Source of the DNA: a phage
Assembly (NCBI GenBank): GCA_027263115.1
Contig: GCA_027263115.1_3656.1
Direction: 5' to 3' (one strand)
Length of the DNA: 64,000 nucleotides
In this document: positions 54,058-63,133 of the stretch, in pieces
How positions within the stretch are numbered: position 1 is the first letter of the stretch
Layout of the letters: every line of letters begins with the position of its first letter
The notes under the pieces: model-generated
What the model saw: only the letters and a program-made list of their open reading frames with translations
What the model was told of the DNA's origin: nothing
The model's database searches: none
Position numbers and translations under genes: made by a program

Positions 54058-54612
54058 ATGAAATACTTTGTAACAAGCGATACGCACTTTCTCCACCAGC
54101 GGGTCATGGAGTTTGATTCATGTCAAAAACACAGATCTCAATATGATCACAATCTTGACAGTATGAATGCGGGAATCATCACCGAGTGGAACTCCGTTGT
54201 GTCACCTGCAGACACTGTGTTCCACCTGGGAGATATTGCGTGCACTAATGATAAGAATATCAACAACTTACTTCCAGATATTCTAAATATGTTGAACGGA
54301 CATATTATTCTTGTTCGTGGCAACCATGACACAAGGACGACTGTCAGAATTATGAAAGAGTTCGGTCATGAGGTTGTAGATTATTACGAGCTTCGCCACA
54401 ACAAGAATTTGATCTGTATGAGCCATTACCAGTTTGCAAAGTGGAACAGAAAGCCTCACGGATCAGTCCAACTGTTCGGTCATGCTCACGGAACCACACA
54501 ACAGTTGTTTGGCAGGCAGCTTGATGTCGGTTGGGATGTGTGGGGGAGACTCTTACCATTAGAAGAGGCATACCGTATTGCAATGAGTTTTGATATTGAC
54601 AGCAGGGAGTAA
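54058..54612 (+). CDS. calcineurin-like metallophosphoesterase
   Basis: 184 aa; motifs SDTHF, GDIA, GNHD; SD GAGGAA. Confidence 0.75.
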   Translation: MKYFVTSDTHFLHQRVMEFDSCQKHRSQYDHNLDSMNAGIITEWNSVVSPADTVFHLGDIACTNDKNINNLLPDILNMLNGHIILVRGNHDTRTTVRIMKEFGHEVVDYYELRHNKNLICMSHYQFAKWNRKPHGSVQLFGHAHGTTQQLFGRQLDVGWDVWGRLLPLEEAYRIAMSFDIDSRE

Positions 54613-54659
54613 TCCCTGCTATTTTAAAGAAAATTGCCACACAAGGAGAATCAGGAGAT

Positions 54660-55010
54660 ATGAAAGATGGGGATAAGCTGCTATATCTTAAAGTCCCCCT
54701 TGAAATACTATCTATGTCAAAAGTTTTGAATGACACAACTGGGGAGGTTGTTGTTCTTGACTTGTATGACAAGATTGTATACTGCTACCTGCACAACTGG
54801 TATAAGCTTGGAGGAAATTCCCGCTTCACACCAAGCACAAGGAAAATTGCAGCAGATGTTGGGATAAAGAAAACAAAAGCAGCAGCGTGCGTTAAAACTT
54901 TAGAATGTGCAGGAGTGGTTGAAACATCCACACAAGGGAGAGGTAAAAGATGCACATTTTCCAAAGTTTTGCCACCAGAAGAAGTTATTCGAATGTCAAC
55001 AACTGGTTAG
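54660..55010 (+). CDS. putative winged-helix DNA-binding protein
   Basis: 116 aa; SD AAGGAG; HTH-like TRKIAADVGIKKTKAAACVKTLECAGVVE; iteron array directly downstream. Confidence 0.5.
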   Translation: MKDGDKLLYLKVPLEILSMSKVLNDTTGEVVVLDLYDKIVYCYLHNWYKLGGNSRFTPSTRKIAADVGIKKTKAAACVKTLECAGVVETSTQGRGKRCTFSKVLPPEEVIRMSTTG

Positions 55011-55083
55011 ACCAGTAAAAACTTAAATATCTGTACTATAAGGGTTTGTATGTTTTATGTTCACCATGGAACAGAAACTATTA

Positions 55084-55167
55084 ACTGTCCGTGATACGGA
55101 CACCACTGTCCGTCACGCGGACACATCTGCCCGTAATACGGACACTAACTGTCCGTGATACGGACAC
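55084..55167. repeat. four tandem 21-bp palindromic iterons (core GTCCGTnAYRCGGACAC)
   Basis: Each unit carries GTCCG/CGGAC inverted half-sites; followed by AT-rich palindromic DNA. Confidence 0.75.
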
Positions 55168-55649
55168 ATAAAGAATATAACTAAAATAACTAAATAATAA
55201 AAAATAAAAGATCTAGTACTTATGGTACTAAGTACATATACTTAACTTATGTAGAATATACTAGATCCTAAGTACCATGTTTTAAATTTATTACTTTCTA
55301 TAGGTAGTGTCGGCCCTTCATTGGCACTCGCCTACGAGGGGCGAGATGCCGGGCCTCCATAGTGCACACATGCAGGTCTGTTAACATGTGTGGGAGCGAA
55401 GCGGCGCAGGCCAAAGGCCGAGCACTAATGTGGACCACCGACGAAAGCTTGCCAGCGCCGTAAGGAGTCGGTTGAGAGCCTCCCGCGCGAGTTTGGATAA
55501 AGTTTATGTGTGGAAACGGACAATGAGGCCCCTAAATCGCTCCACAGCCATATAAACTATACCAAGTAAGGCAATCGCACCAGTTTGATAGAAAAGCTCG
55601 TTACAAAGCGATACAGCGAGTTTTTCTATAACTTGAAGAGGAGGCAGCT

Positions 55650-56228
55650 ATGAGTCCACGCAAAGATGACCGTGAAAAGATTGCAAAACGTTATCAGAAT
55701 GAAGAACAGATGGAGAAAACTTTCAAGTGGAAGCCAGGTTTCCAGCGTAATCATTCTAACGCTCGTGATCGTAAGCATCCGGATAAGTGGTTAACACCGC
55801 CAAATGATGGCATGCAGGTTGGTGATGAGAAGGAGCTGTCACCTGGAAAAGATGGCAACTACATTCGCACTAAGGAAGCAGGTCCAAAGGATGACAGCTA
55901 TCTTGTAGATAAGGTTCTTGATGGTATTGATGTGGATGTTGACACTGCACGAAACCTTTTTCTTGGTTGGTATCGTACAGGGTTTTTCGACATCAAGGCT
56001 ATTCGTCGTGTTTGCGATATTAAAAAGTCTGCCTATGATGATGACTCTCTACATCGCACTCTGAGACAATACTCAGAGAGATACGGTCATCCAGTCATCA
56101 CTATTGACGATATTAACGAAGTGATGTATCATGCAGAGGTTGTTGCAGGTAGATTCGGTGATGCATATCTCGGTATTCTTTCTGCAAAAGATGAGGTAAT
56201 GTTAAATAAAATTTACTATGAACGCTGA
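55650..56228 (+). CDS. hypothetical protein
   Basis: 192 aa, SD GAAGAGGAGG. Confidence 0.65.
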   Translation: MSPRKDDREKIAKRYQNEEQMEKTFKWKPGFQRNHSNARDRKHPDKWLTPPNDGMQVGDEKELSPGKDGNYIRTKEAGPKDDSYLVDKVLDGIDVDVDTARNLFLGWYRTGFFDIKAIRRVCDIKKSAYDDDSLHRTLRQYSERYGHPVITIDDINEVMYHAEVVAGRFGDAYLGILSAKDEVMLNKIYYER

Positions 56229-56238
56229 GGAGCGCTTA

Positions 56239-56427
56239 ATGAACAACCCGGTAGCAAAGAACTGTAATAAGTTCAACAAGTCTGCAATTCACACTGACAG
56301 GAAAAAGAGCTGGTCTCCTGACATTGACGAGGAGCTTGAGAGTTACTTTGAAGACCTGGTCACTAATGCAGATGAGGTTGCGATTAAAGAATACGCAGAC
56401 AGGAAGGATAAGGCCGGAATCTGTTGA
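56239..56427 (+). CDS. hypothetical protein
   Basis: ATG after GAGGAG (track ORF 56218..56427 trimmed). Confidence 0.45.
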   Translation: MNNPVAKNCNKFNKSAIHTDRKKSWSPDIDEELESYFEDLVTNADEVAIKEYADRKDKAGIC

Positions 56428-56452
56428 CAAAAATAGTGTTACCTGATAAGAT
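56424..56452 (+). promoter_or_regulatory. promoter TTGACA-N17-TAAGAT
   Basis: Hexamers upstream of ORF 56504. Confidence 0.45.
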
Positions 56453-56503
56453 CTGCAATATGATGTGATGCAATTTTAACTTACGAGGTCTACAGGTAAT
56501 GCT

Positions 56504-56746
56504 ATGTTTAAGGTTAAGCTCGTTTTTCGTTCCATGAATGAGGATTATTTAGAAGATGAAGGTGAATTTCGTGCACTGGATGATGCAATAGATTTTGCCA
56601 ACGACTTAGCTTGTATGAATACAGGTTATGGGCTATGCTGTTGGGATGGTGGTGTTCAGATCGGTGATAGCAAGATCTTCTACTTCTACCCTGAGCCCGA
56701 TAACAAACAAATTAAGTATGTTTTATTTATTTGTGCTTTACAATGA
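56504..56746 (+). CDS. hypothetical protein
   Basis: 80 aa. Confidence 0.5.
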   Translation: MFKVKLVFRSMNEDYLEDEGEFRALDDAIDFANDLACMNTGYGLCCWDGGVQIGDSKIFYFYPEPDNKQIKYVLFICALQ

Positions 56747-57034
56747 GGTTGTTTTCGTGTATCATGATGAATATCCAATTTAAAGATGAATTTGATGGAT
56801 TTATCTCCGGATGCTTTGAAACAGGGTTCGGAGAAGACTGAGTTCCCCTTAGAGGGCTTGATAGTGCACCACACTTAAAATGGTAGGGGCAGCCAGCACA
56901 TGACGATGTGACCCCAGCCAACCTGTAATAAGGTCGAGCCAGAGCGCGGTAATGGGTATCTGGTAACCCACTTGTTGGGTCTTGCTGGTCCAGGACGCTG
57001 GGCAAGTCGCAGGGAATACCACCCTGCGGCGAAC

Positions 57035-57063
57035 TTGACAATCAGTATTTGCCGTGATAAAAT
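57035..57063 (+). promoter_or_regulatory. promoter TTGACA-N17-TAAAAT with extended -10 TG
   Basis: Upstream of ORF 57092. Confidence 0.5.
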
Positions 57064-57091
57064 CCACCTATCACGTGATAATGGAGGAAAC

Positions 57092-57430
57092 ATGGCGGAT
57101 ACAACTAAAAAGCGTCGCCGTAGAGGCAGACCTCTGAAAGAGGAGTCCAACGCCATTCAGCTAGAGAAGAACATTCTTGATATGAAGGAATCTTTTATAG
57201 CGATGGTTCCAGAAGCTCACAAAGTTTTAAGAGAGCTGATGTTGGACCCGAAAACCAAACAAAATATTCGTCAAAGCATTGCAGAGTATGTTCTTGATAA
57301 GGCAGACCGAATGCAGGAAGAATATGATGAGATGTTTGGTGAAGAGGAAGAGGTGGTAGTAGAAGAGGCTGAAAAACCAGCACCTTTTATGCCATTTACC
57401 ACAGAAATACAACCTGTTAGCAATAGCTAA
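57092..57430 (+). CDS. hypothetical protein with basic N-terminus and acidic C-terminus
   Basis: ATG after GGAGGAAAC (track ORF 56972 trimmed); KKRRRRGRPLKEE N-terminus. Confidence 0.55.
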   Translation: MADTTKKRRRRGRPLKEESNAIQLEKNILDMKESFIAMVPEAHKVLRELMLDPKTKQNIRQSIAEYVLDKADRMQEEYDEMFGEEEEVVVEEAEKPAPFMPFTTEIQPVSNS

Positions 57431-57526
57431 AATATTTTCTTGACAAACTTTGCTTAACAGTGTAATATTGTAAACATGGTCTCCCACCTTTTCTGGCGGC
57501 TAAGGTGTAAAAGAAAGCCACCCAGT

Positions 57527-57601
57527 GCCCTGTTAGCTTAGTGGATAAAGCAGCGGCCTTCTAAGCCGTTGACACTGGTTCGAGTCCAGTACGGGGTGCC
57601 A
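57527..57601 (+). tRNA. tRNA-Arg (anticodon TCT)
   Basis: Hand-folded cloverleaf: 7-bp acceptor, D-arm GCTT/AAGC, anticodon loop CTTCTAA, T-loop TTCGAGT, encoded CCA. Confidence 0.75.
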
Positions 57602-57605
57602 AATT

Positions 57606-57692
57606 GGGGAGTTATCCCGTAGAGGTAGCGGTGTAGACTGTAAATCTATTGTCATTGCGACTCGGGTGGTTCGACTCCACCACTCCCCACCA
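57606..57692 (+). tRNA. tRNA-Tyr (anticodon GTA), long variable arm
   Basis: Acceptor GGGGAGT/ACTCCCC, anticodon loop CTGTAAA, T-loop TTCGACT, CCA; 87 nt. Confidence 0.65.
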
Positions 57693-57805
57693 AATTTATA
57701 TTTTAGATGCATAAATAATACAGATAATGGCATTGATATTTATCGTCGTTTATACTAGTCACTAACTGCTCGAAAATCAGTGTCATTATCAGTATAATTT
57801 ACAAA

Positions 57806-57896
57806 GGAGGGTAGGGAGCAATGGTGCTCAAGCGGTCTTGAAAACCGTCCCATTGAGGATGACTCGATGATGGTTCGATTCCATTACTCTCCGCCA
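57806..57896 (+). tRNA. tRNA-Ser (anticodon TGA), long variable arm
   Basis: Acceptor GGAGGGT/ACTCTCC, anticodon loop CTTGAAA, T-loop TTCGATT, CCA; 91 nt. Confidence 0.65.
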
Positions 57897-57994
57897 CATT
57901 GTTGACCTTGTAATTAAGCGAAAGCCGGAAGCAGAACCGGATTATCAAATGTTACAGTCGTCATCGCCGACTAGCAACATGGTCAACATACTGA

Positions 57995-58093
57995 GCTAGG
58001 TAAGCCCTTTGGCAAGGGCGAGGATTTTTAATCCTGAAAATAGACGAGGTAGTCGTTGAATACATAGATGGTTCGATTCCATCACCTAGCACC
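57995..58093 (+). tRNA. atypical tRNA-like element (possible tRNA-Lys TTT with about 25-nt insertion, or pseudo-tRNA)
   Basis: Perfect 7-bp acceptor GCTAGGT/ACCTAGC, canonical T-arm GATGG-TTCGATT-CCATC, D-arm GCCC/GGGC, TTT-containing loop; about 99 nt; no encoded CCA. Confidence 0.35.
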
Positions 58094-58098
58094 TTTTT

Positions 58099-58174
58099 GC
58101 TGATGTAGCACAATTGGTAGTGCAATTGATTTGTAATCAATAGGTTGCAGGTTCAAGTCCTGCCATCAGCACCA
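58099..58174 (+). tRNA. tRNA-Thr (anticodon TGT)
   Basis: Acceptor GCTGATG/CATCAGC, D-arm GCAC/GTGC, anticodon loop TTTGTAA, T-loop TTCAAGT, CCA. Confidence 0.75.
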
Positions 58175-58175
58175 T

Positions 58176-58250
58176 GGCCCTGTAGCTGGAAGGTTCAAGC
58201 AAGCGACTCATAATCGCCAGACGGTGGTTCAATTCCACCCAGGGCCACCA
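58176..58250 (+). tRNA. tRNA-Met or tRNA-Ile2 (anticodon CAT), elongator-type
   Basis: Acceptor GGCCCTG/CAGGGCC with paired 1-72, anticodon loop CTCATAA, T-loop TTCAATT, CCA. Confidence 0.65.
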
Positions 58251-58261
58251 AATAGTAGATA

Positions 58262-58338
58262 CTCCGCGTAGCTCAGCTTGGTAGAGCGCCTGATTTGGGA
58301 TCAGGAGGTCGAGTGTTCGAATCACTCCGTGGAGACCA
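58262..58338 (+). tRNA. tRNA-Pro (anticodon TGG)
   Basis: C1-G72 acceptor, D-arm GCTC-AGCTTGGTAG-AGC, anticodon loop TTTGGGA, T-loop TTCGAAT, CCA. Confidence 0.75.
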
Positions 58339-58384
58339 CTTTCAGTTATACTTTAAACATATACAAACAAAAGGAACCTTTAAA

Positions 58385-58654
58385 ATGTATACACTTAAAA
58401 TTGTAGAGCGTGTGAATCCAACCCATACCGTAGATTTTCGTGACGATTTCAATCCTCTGGCTGTAAATCTTCGAGAGTCATATCATGAACTCAGCTGCGA
58501 TGCAGTGGTGGTCTTTTTTGAAGACAACTCTGAAGGGGCGGTAGCTTGTGTTGTTGATAGTGAGCAGAAGTTTTATATTTACAGAGATGTAGATGCATAC
58601 TTGATGAATGAAAATGCAGTTACTGTTAGAATCATCCACCGAGTGCCTCGATAA
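58385..58654 (+). CDS. hypothetical protein
   Basis: ATG after AAAAGGAACC (track ORF 58295 trimmed). Confidence 0.5.
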   Translation: MYTLKIVERVNPTHTVDFRDDFNPLAVNLRESYHELSCDAVVVFFEDNSEGAVACVVDSEQKFYIYRDVDAYLMNENAVTVRIIHRVPR

Positions 58655-58707
58655 GTATTAGTCTCCTTTTAGTTAGTTTCGATCTATTTAGGTTACTCAA
58701 TTTTAAC

Positions 58708-58745
58708 CCGCCCCGTTAGCTGTATAGCTGCGGGGTTTTTTCGTT
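58708..58745 (+). terminator. rho-independent terminator
   Basis: CCGCCCCG...CGGGG hairpin followed by TTTTTTCGTTT. Confidence 0.6.
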
Positions 58746-58759
58746 TCTGGAGCCTTAAA

Positions 58760-59158
58760 ATGATTTCAGGTTTAACATGGCTGAGTAGGTATAGAGGGAT
58801 CATAAAAGGTTTAGTTTTTGCAGCGGCTATAGGTGCAGCTTATCTTGGGGCCGTGTATTGGTTTAACTCTAAGCTTAATGATGCCTACCAAGAGGGTGTG
58901 TCAGCAACAGAGTTAAAGTGGGAACGGATCCTTGATCAGCAACAAAAGCAGGCCGACAAAATTAAAATGGGCCACGCAGAGGAGGTTAAAAACCTTGAAA
59001 AATCTCTTTCTGATTTGCAGGATAAATTAAATATAGCTGAGAGGGCAGGTAGAGAAAAGCAGATTATTTACCTCCAATCACCTGAAGGTAAGAAGTCAAC
59101 ACTTCCTGATCAGCTTATAGATATTTATAATGAGAGTATCAATCAGGAGGATCGATGA
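58760..59158 (+). CDS. i-spanin (Rz-like: N-terminal TM helix plus coiled coil)
   Basis: 132 aa; TM segment LVFAAAIGAAYLGAVYWF then helical region; ATGA coupling with next gene. Confidence 0.6.
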   Translation: MISGLTWLSRYRGIIKGLVFAAAIGAAYLGAVYWFNSKLNDAYQEGVSATELKWERILDQQQKQADKIKMGHAEEVKNLEKSLSDLQDKLNIAERAGREKQIIYLQSPEGKKSTLPDQLIDIYNESINQEDR

Positions 59159-59442
59159 GAGTTGCTACACTGTTTATTGCGTGCTTGTTATTATGCGGGT
59201 GTGCAACCAGTGTTGAGAAAGAATACAAGATTGACCCTCCAGATGTAGGAAGGTTGATTGTTAAACCCCCAGAAGGTGCCATGAAACCACCTGCTAAAGC
59301 TATGCCTTTGAAGAAAGGTGCGCCAGATGCAGTGAACTCTGGCATTATGAGGGATAATAATCTGTCTTGTAGCAATGATAGAGCTAAATTGATCATTTTG
59401 CAAGACTATATTAGAACACTGTTTCCAAAGGAGAGAGGTTAA
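59155..59442 (+). CDS. o-spanin (Rz1-like proline-rich lipoprotein)
   Basis: 95 aa; signal with LLLCGC lipobox-like site; Pro-rich DPPDVGRLIVKPPEGAMKPPAKAMP; SD CAGGAGGA. Confidence 0.6.
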   Translation: MRVATLFIACLLLCGCATSVEKEYKIDPPDVGRLIVKPPEGAMKPPAKAMPLKKGAPDAVNSGIMRDNNLSCSNDRAKLIILQDYIRTLFPKERG

Positions 59443-60989
59443 TGTCTAAGATTTACGGACCGTGTTCTGAAAAGCAGAAGATGATCCTAGAAAACGATGC
59501 AGATATTTTGGTAATCGGCGGTGCCGCAGGGTCTGGCAAGTCGTTCCTCTTGCAGTTGATGCCACTTAAAATTATTGATGACCCCCACAGCTCTGTGGTT
59601 ATGTTCCGAAGAACAACCCCACAGTTGGAAGGTGAGGGTGGACTATGGCCTAAAGCAGTAGCTATTTATAGTGATCTGCCTGAAAACATTAAGCCAAAGT
59701 TCAGAGAGAAGGATCATAAGTTCATTTTTCCACGGTTTGATCCGAACACTGGCAAGTGGGATAGGAGCAAAAAGGGAGCTGTTGTAAAATACTGCCACAT
59801 GGAGTATGTACAAGATAAGCTTAACCATCAAGGGCTTGAGTACACCATGGTTTGCTTCGATGAGGGAACGCAGTTCGAATGGGAGCAGATAGACTATCTG
59901 ATGTCTCGTCTGCGATCTCAGTCAAAGTATCCATCAAGAATGGTTATCAGCTGTAACCCCGATTCAGAACACATGCTTGCCAAACTGGTTAGATGGTGGT
60001 TGGACGATGAAGGGTATCCAGATCCGGAGAAATGCGGTAAGAAAAGATATTTTATCCGACGCGACGGTGAATTTATTTGGGGAGACTCTAAGGAAGAGTT
60101 GATAGAGAAATACACCACGGTTAACGGACTGGGTGTAGAGATCAAGCCAAGACCGTTGTCATTCTCGTTCATAGGCGCAACAATATTCGATAATCCTGTC
60201 TGTTTGAGAGACAACCCAGAATACCTTGCTTTCCTCGAAGGTCTACCAGAGCTGGAAAAAGCTCAGCTTCTCCATGGTAACTGGTTTGCAAAGCCTGAGG
60301 GTGCAAACTATTTTCAAAGATCTTTCCTTCGTGATGCCGATAGAGTACCCCTTGGATCAGTATCTTGCAGGGCATGGGATAAGGCAGGAACCGAGAGAAC
60401 TTCCGGCAATAAATTTCCTGACTTTACTGCCAGTATTAAGGTAAGTAAAGATAGCGACGGCTTTTATTACCTGTCAGGGGATTATTGTCCTGAAAACGTG
60501 GATGACGGGAGGTATTCCACAGGTCTGGAAGGCAAGTTCTGTAAAAAGGCTGGTGAACGAGATGTGATCATCAGGAAACAGGCGCAGTTTGATGGTGATG
60601 ATTGTATAATCGTATTCTCTGTGGACCCCGGTCAGGCAGGTAAGAGTGAGTTCTTAACCTCATCCAGATCCTTGCTCGCAGAAGGGTTCAGGGTTGAAGA
60701 AGATCCAATGCCTTCCAACAAGTCTAAACTGACAAGGTTCTCACCTTTTGCCAATCTTGCCCAACAAGGGATGGTGAGGATTGTAAAATCCAGTTTCCAT
60801 CCTGATACTCTGGAAGCATTTCTGACCGAACTTGAAAAATTCAACGGGGAAAGATCAACATTTAACAGAAAAGACGACTGGGCTGACTGTGTAGCTTCTG
60901 CAATTAATTTCCTGGAGAAAGAGGAGGTAGCACTTCCTTGTGTGATTCCATCAATCTCATCACCCTCTATGTTCAAGCGTTTTATCTAA
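59442..60989 (+). CDS. terminase large subunit
   Basis: 515 aa; N-terminal Walker A VIGGAAGSGKSF; position before portal gene; ATGA coupling with o-spanin. Confidence 0.8.
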   Translation: MSKIYGPCSEKQKMILENDADILVIGGAAGSGKSFLLQLMPLKIIDDPHSSVVMFRRTTPQLEGEGGLWPKAVAIYSDLPENIKPKFREKDHKFIFPRFDPNTGKWDRSKKGAVVKYCHMEYVQDKLNHQGLEYTMVCFDEGTQFEWEQIDYLMSRLRSQSKYPSRMVISCNPDSEHMLAKLVRWWLDDEGYPDPEKCGKKRYFIRRDGEFIWGDSKEELIEKYTTVNGLGVEIKPRPLSFSFIGATIFDNPVCLRDNPEYLAFLEGLPELEKAQLLHGNWFAKPEGANYFQRSFLRDADRVPLGSVSCRAWDKAGTERTSGNKFPDFTASIKVSKDSDGFYYLSGDYCPENVDDGRYSTGLEGKFCKKAGERDVIIRKQAQFDGDDCIIVFSVDPGQAGKSEFLTSSRSLLAEGFRVEEDPMPSNKSKLTRFSPFANLAQQGMVRIVKSSFHPDTLEAFLTELEKFNGERSTFNRKDDWADCVASAINFLEKEEVALPCVIPSISSPSMFKRFI

Positions 60990-61089
60990 GTGTTGCCAAT
61001 CTTAATTAGATGTGGTACAATAAAGTAATTGGAGATACTAGCCCTCTGACGAGGGCTATTTTGTTATACTGTTTTGAGGGGTAAAGCTT

Positions 61090-62646
61090 GTGTCCAAAAA
61101 GAACCGCAGGAAACACAACGCCACAGCCAAAACTGTGAATAAATCTGGGAACGCAGGCGCACCAACTCATAATGTTCGTATGAGTGAGATCGGTTCTGGC
61201 GCACTTTCCCAAATTATGGCAGAATCGCAATCTATGATGGTTGAGGAATTGCGTTGGCCTCAGCTGATTGCCACAGTGGAGACTATGAAATGTGATTCCA
61301 CAGTTGCTACTGCCTTAGATACAAAATATGTTTTCATCACGAAAGCATTCAATGATTTTAAGATCCTTTATAATGTTAAAAGTGAAGACTCTAAGAAAGC
61401 TGCCGAGCTTATAGAGTATTCTTTGCGTAATTTGGCAAACCAACAAACCCTTCGGGATATTGCAAGAAGCGCAGCTACCTTTAACGAGTATGGTTTTTCA
61501 CTGTTTGAGAAAGTATACCGCAGAGAGAAAGAAGGTAAATATGCCGGGATGCTTCTTATTGATAAAATTGCATTCCGACCTCAGGCCAGTCTGTCCAGAT
61601 CAGAGCCGTTTGTCTTTGACAAGAATAGTAGAACACTGACAGGTATTTATCAGTCACCTAATGCATTTCTAAACACTCAGAATGCACGCTGGGCTGGACC
61701 TCTTGCTGCAATGCCTTCAAAAGGCTTTAATGAGCCTGAAATTTTCATCCCTGCTAAAAAGCTTATGCTCATGACCCTGTCAGGAACAGAATCTAACCCT
61801 GCAGGTGTGTCACCTATGATAGGTTGCTACAGATCTTTCCGTGAGAAAGTTCTGATTGAAAACCTTGAGGTTGTTGGCTGTTCCAAAGACCTTGGTGGTG
61901 TGCTTGAGCTGAAAATTCCTTCCAATATTTTGAACAAGGCCAGCATTGATCCGAATTCAATGGAAGGGAGAATGGTTGCAGACCTTATGCTTGACGCAGC
62001 AAACGCCCATAGTGGTGAGCAAAGTTTCTTTATACTTCCGTCTGATAGAGATAAGTCTGGTAAAGAGCTTTACTCCATGACCCTGAAGGGGGTTGACGGT
62101 ATGGGTAAGCAGTATTCCACTAAAGATTTGATTGATGCCCGTAAGAAGGCGATTCTTGACCGTTTCGGTGCTGGCTTTATTAACCTCGGTAACGATAACG
62201 TTGGATCCTTCTCTCTGTCTGAGTCAAAACAGTCTATCCATGGTCATTTTGTTCAGCGTGATATAGATATTATCACTGAAGCCTTCAATAAAGATCTTAT
62301 TCCACAGCTTCTGGCATTGAATGGTATCATCCTTGAAGATGATGATATGCCTAAACTGAAACCTGGTCTGATTGAAGAAGTGGATATGGAGAGCTTCTCC
62401 AAGTTTGTCCAGAGGATCGGTGCTGTAGGTTACTTGCCAAAAACTCCTGCAGTAATTAATAAGATTCTTGAAGTAGGTGGGTTTGATGAAAGATTTGACG
62501 AGGACATGGATCAGGAAGAGCTGATGAAGCTCTTGGGCCAGGACATTAGTAGAGCTGGTGATGGAATGGCTGCAGGATCCACTGGTAACGGCACTTCTAA
62601 GATGTCATCAACCAGAGATAATTCCATATCCAACATGGAAAATTAA
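61090..62646 (+). CDS. portal protein (putative)
   Basis: 518 aa, GTG start; size and position immediately after terminase; no motif-level confirmation. Confidence 0.55.
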   Translation: MSKKNRRKHNATAKTVNKSGNAGAPTHNVRMSEIGSGALSQIMAESQSMMVEELRWPQLIATVETMKCDSTVATALDTKYVFITKAFNDFKILYNVKSEDSKKAAELIEYSLRNLANQQTLRDIARSAATFNEYGFSLFEKVYRREKEGKYAGMLLIDKIAFRPQASLSRSEPFVFDKNSRTLTGIYQSPNAFLNTQNARWAGPLAAMPSKGFNEPEIFIPAKKLMLMTLSGTESNPAGVSPMIGCYRSFREKVLIENLEVVGCSKDLGGVLELKIPSNILNKASIDPNSMEGRMVADLMLDAANAHSGEQSFFILPSDRDKSGKELYSMTLKGVDGMGKQYSTKDLIDARKKAILDRFGAGFINLGNDNVGSFSLSESKQSIHGHFVQRDIDIITEAFNKDLIPQLLALNGIILEDDDMPKLKPGLIEEVDMESFSKFVQRIGAVGYLPKTPAVINKILEVGGFDERFDEDMDQEELMKLLGQDISRAGDGMAAGSTGNGTSKMSSTRDNSISNMEN

Positions 62647-62713
62647 AAATTATCAACACAGGGGGTTGCAAAACCTCCTTTGGCGTGATAAAATAATCCA
62701 CATGGGGAATAAG

Positions 62714-63133
62714 ATGCCACAGGAAGAAATGATTTCCTACGAAATCATCTACGAGCCTGACACTAAAGATGCTCACGGTGAGTGGATGAGTAAAGACACC
62801 ATCAAAAAGGCTAAAGATAACTGGGACGCAGCATACGCCGCAGGACTAGTTTCTGAAAACCTTTTTCACTTGACCTCTACAGATGCTTTCACCATTGAAA
62901 AGACGTGGATTCAAGAAGAGTTTGATGTTGTAGTGATTGGCACTGAGCAGGTCATCAAGGCTGGCTCTTGGGTTGCTAAAGTTAAATACAATAATCCTGA
63001 ATTATGGGAAGCTAAGAAGGCTGGCATTGTTGGTGGCCTAAGCATTCAGGCAACAGGTAATGTTGATGAAGAAACTGGTGAAATTACCAACGTAAACTTC
63101 GGGATCAGTGTTGTAGAAGAGGGCAATGAATAA
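62714..63133 (+). CDS. head morphogenesis-associated protein (unassigned)
   Basis: 139 aa from internal ATG of track ORF 62558; between portal and scaffold-like gene. Confidence 0.4.
   Translation: MPQEEMISYEIIYEPDTKDAHGEWMSKDTIKKAKDNWDAAYAAGLVSENLFHLTSTDAFTIEKTWIQEEFDVVVIGTEQVIKAGSWVAKVKYNNPELWEAKKAGIVGGLSIQATGNVDEETGEITNVNFGISVVEEGNE

Noticed and set aside
56972-57091. Long N-terminal extension of track ORF 56972..57430
   Set aside because: The extension runs through the GC-rich non-coding segment and the promoter at 57035; the ATG at 57092 with SD GGAGGAAAC is the credible start.
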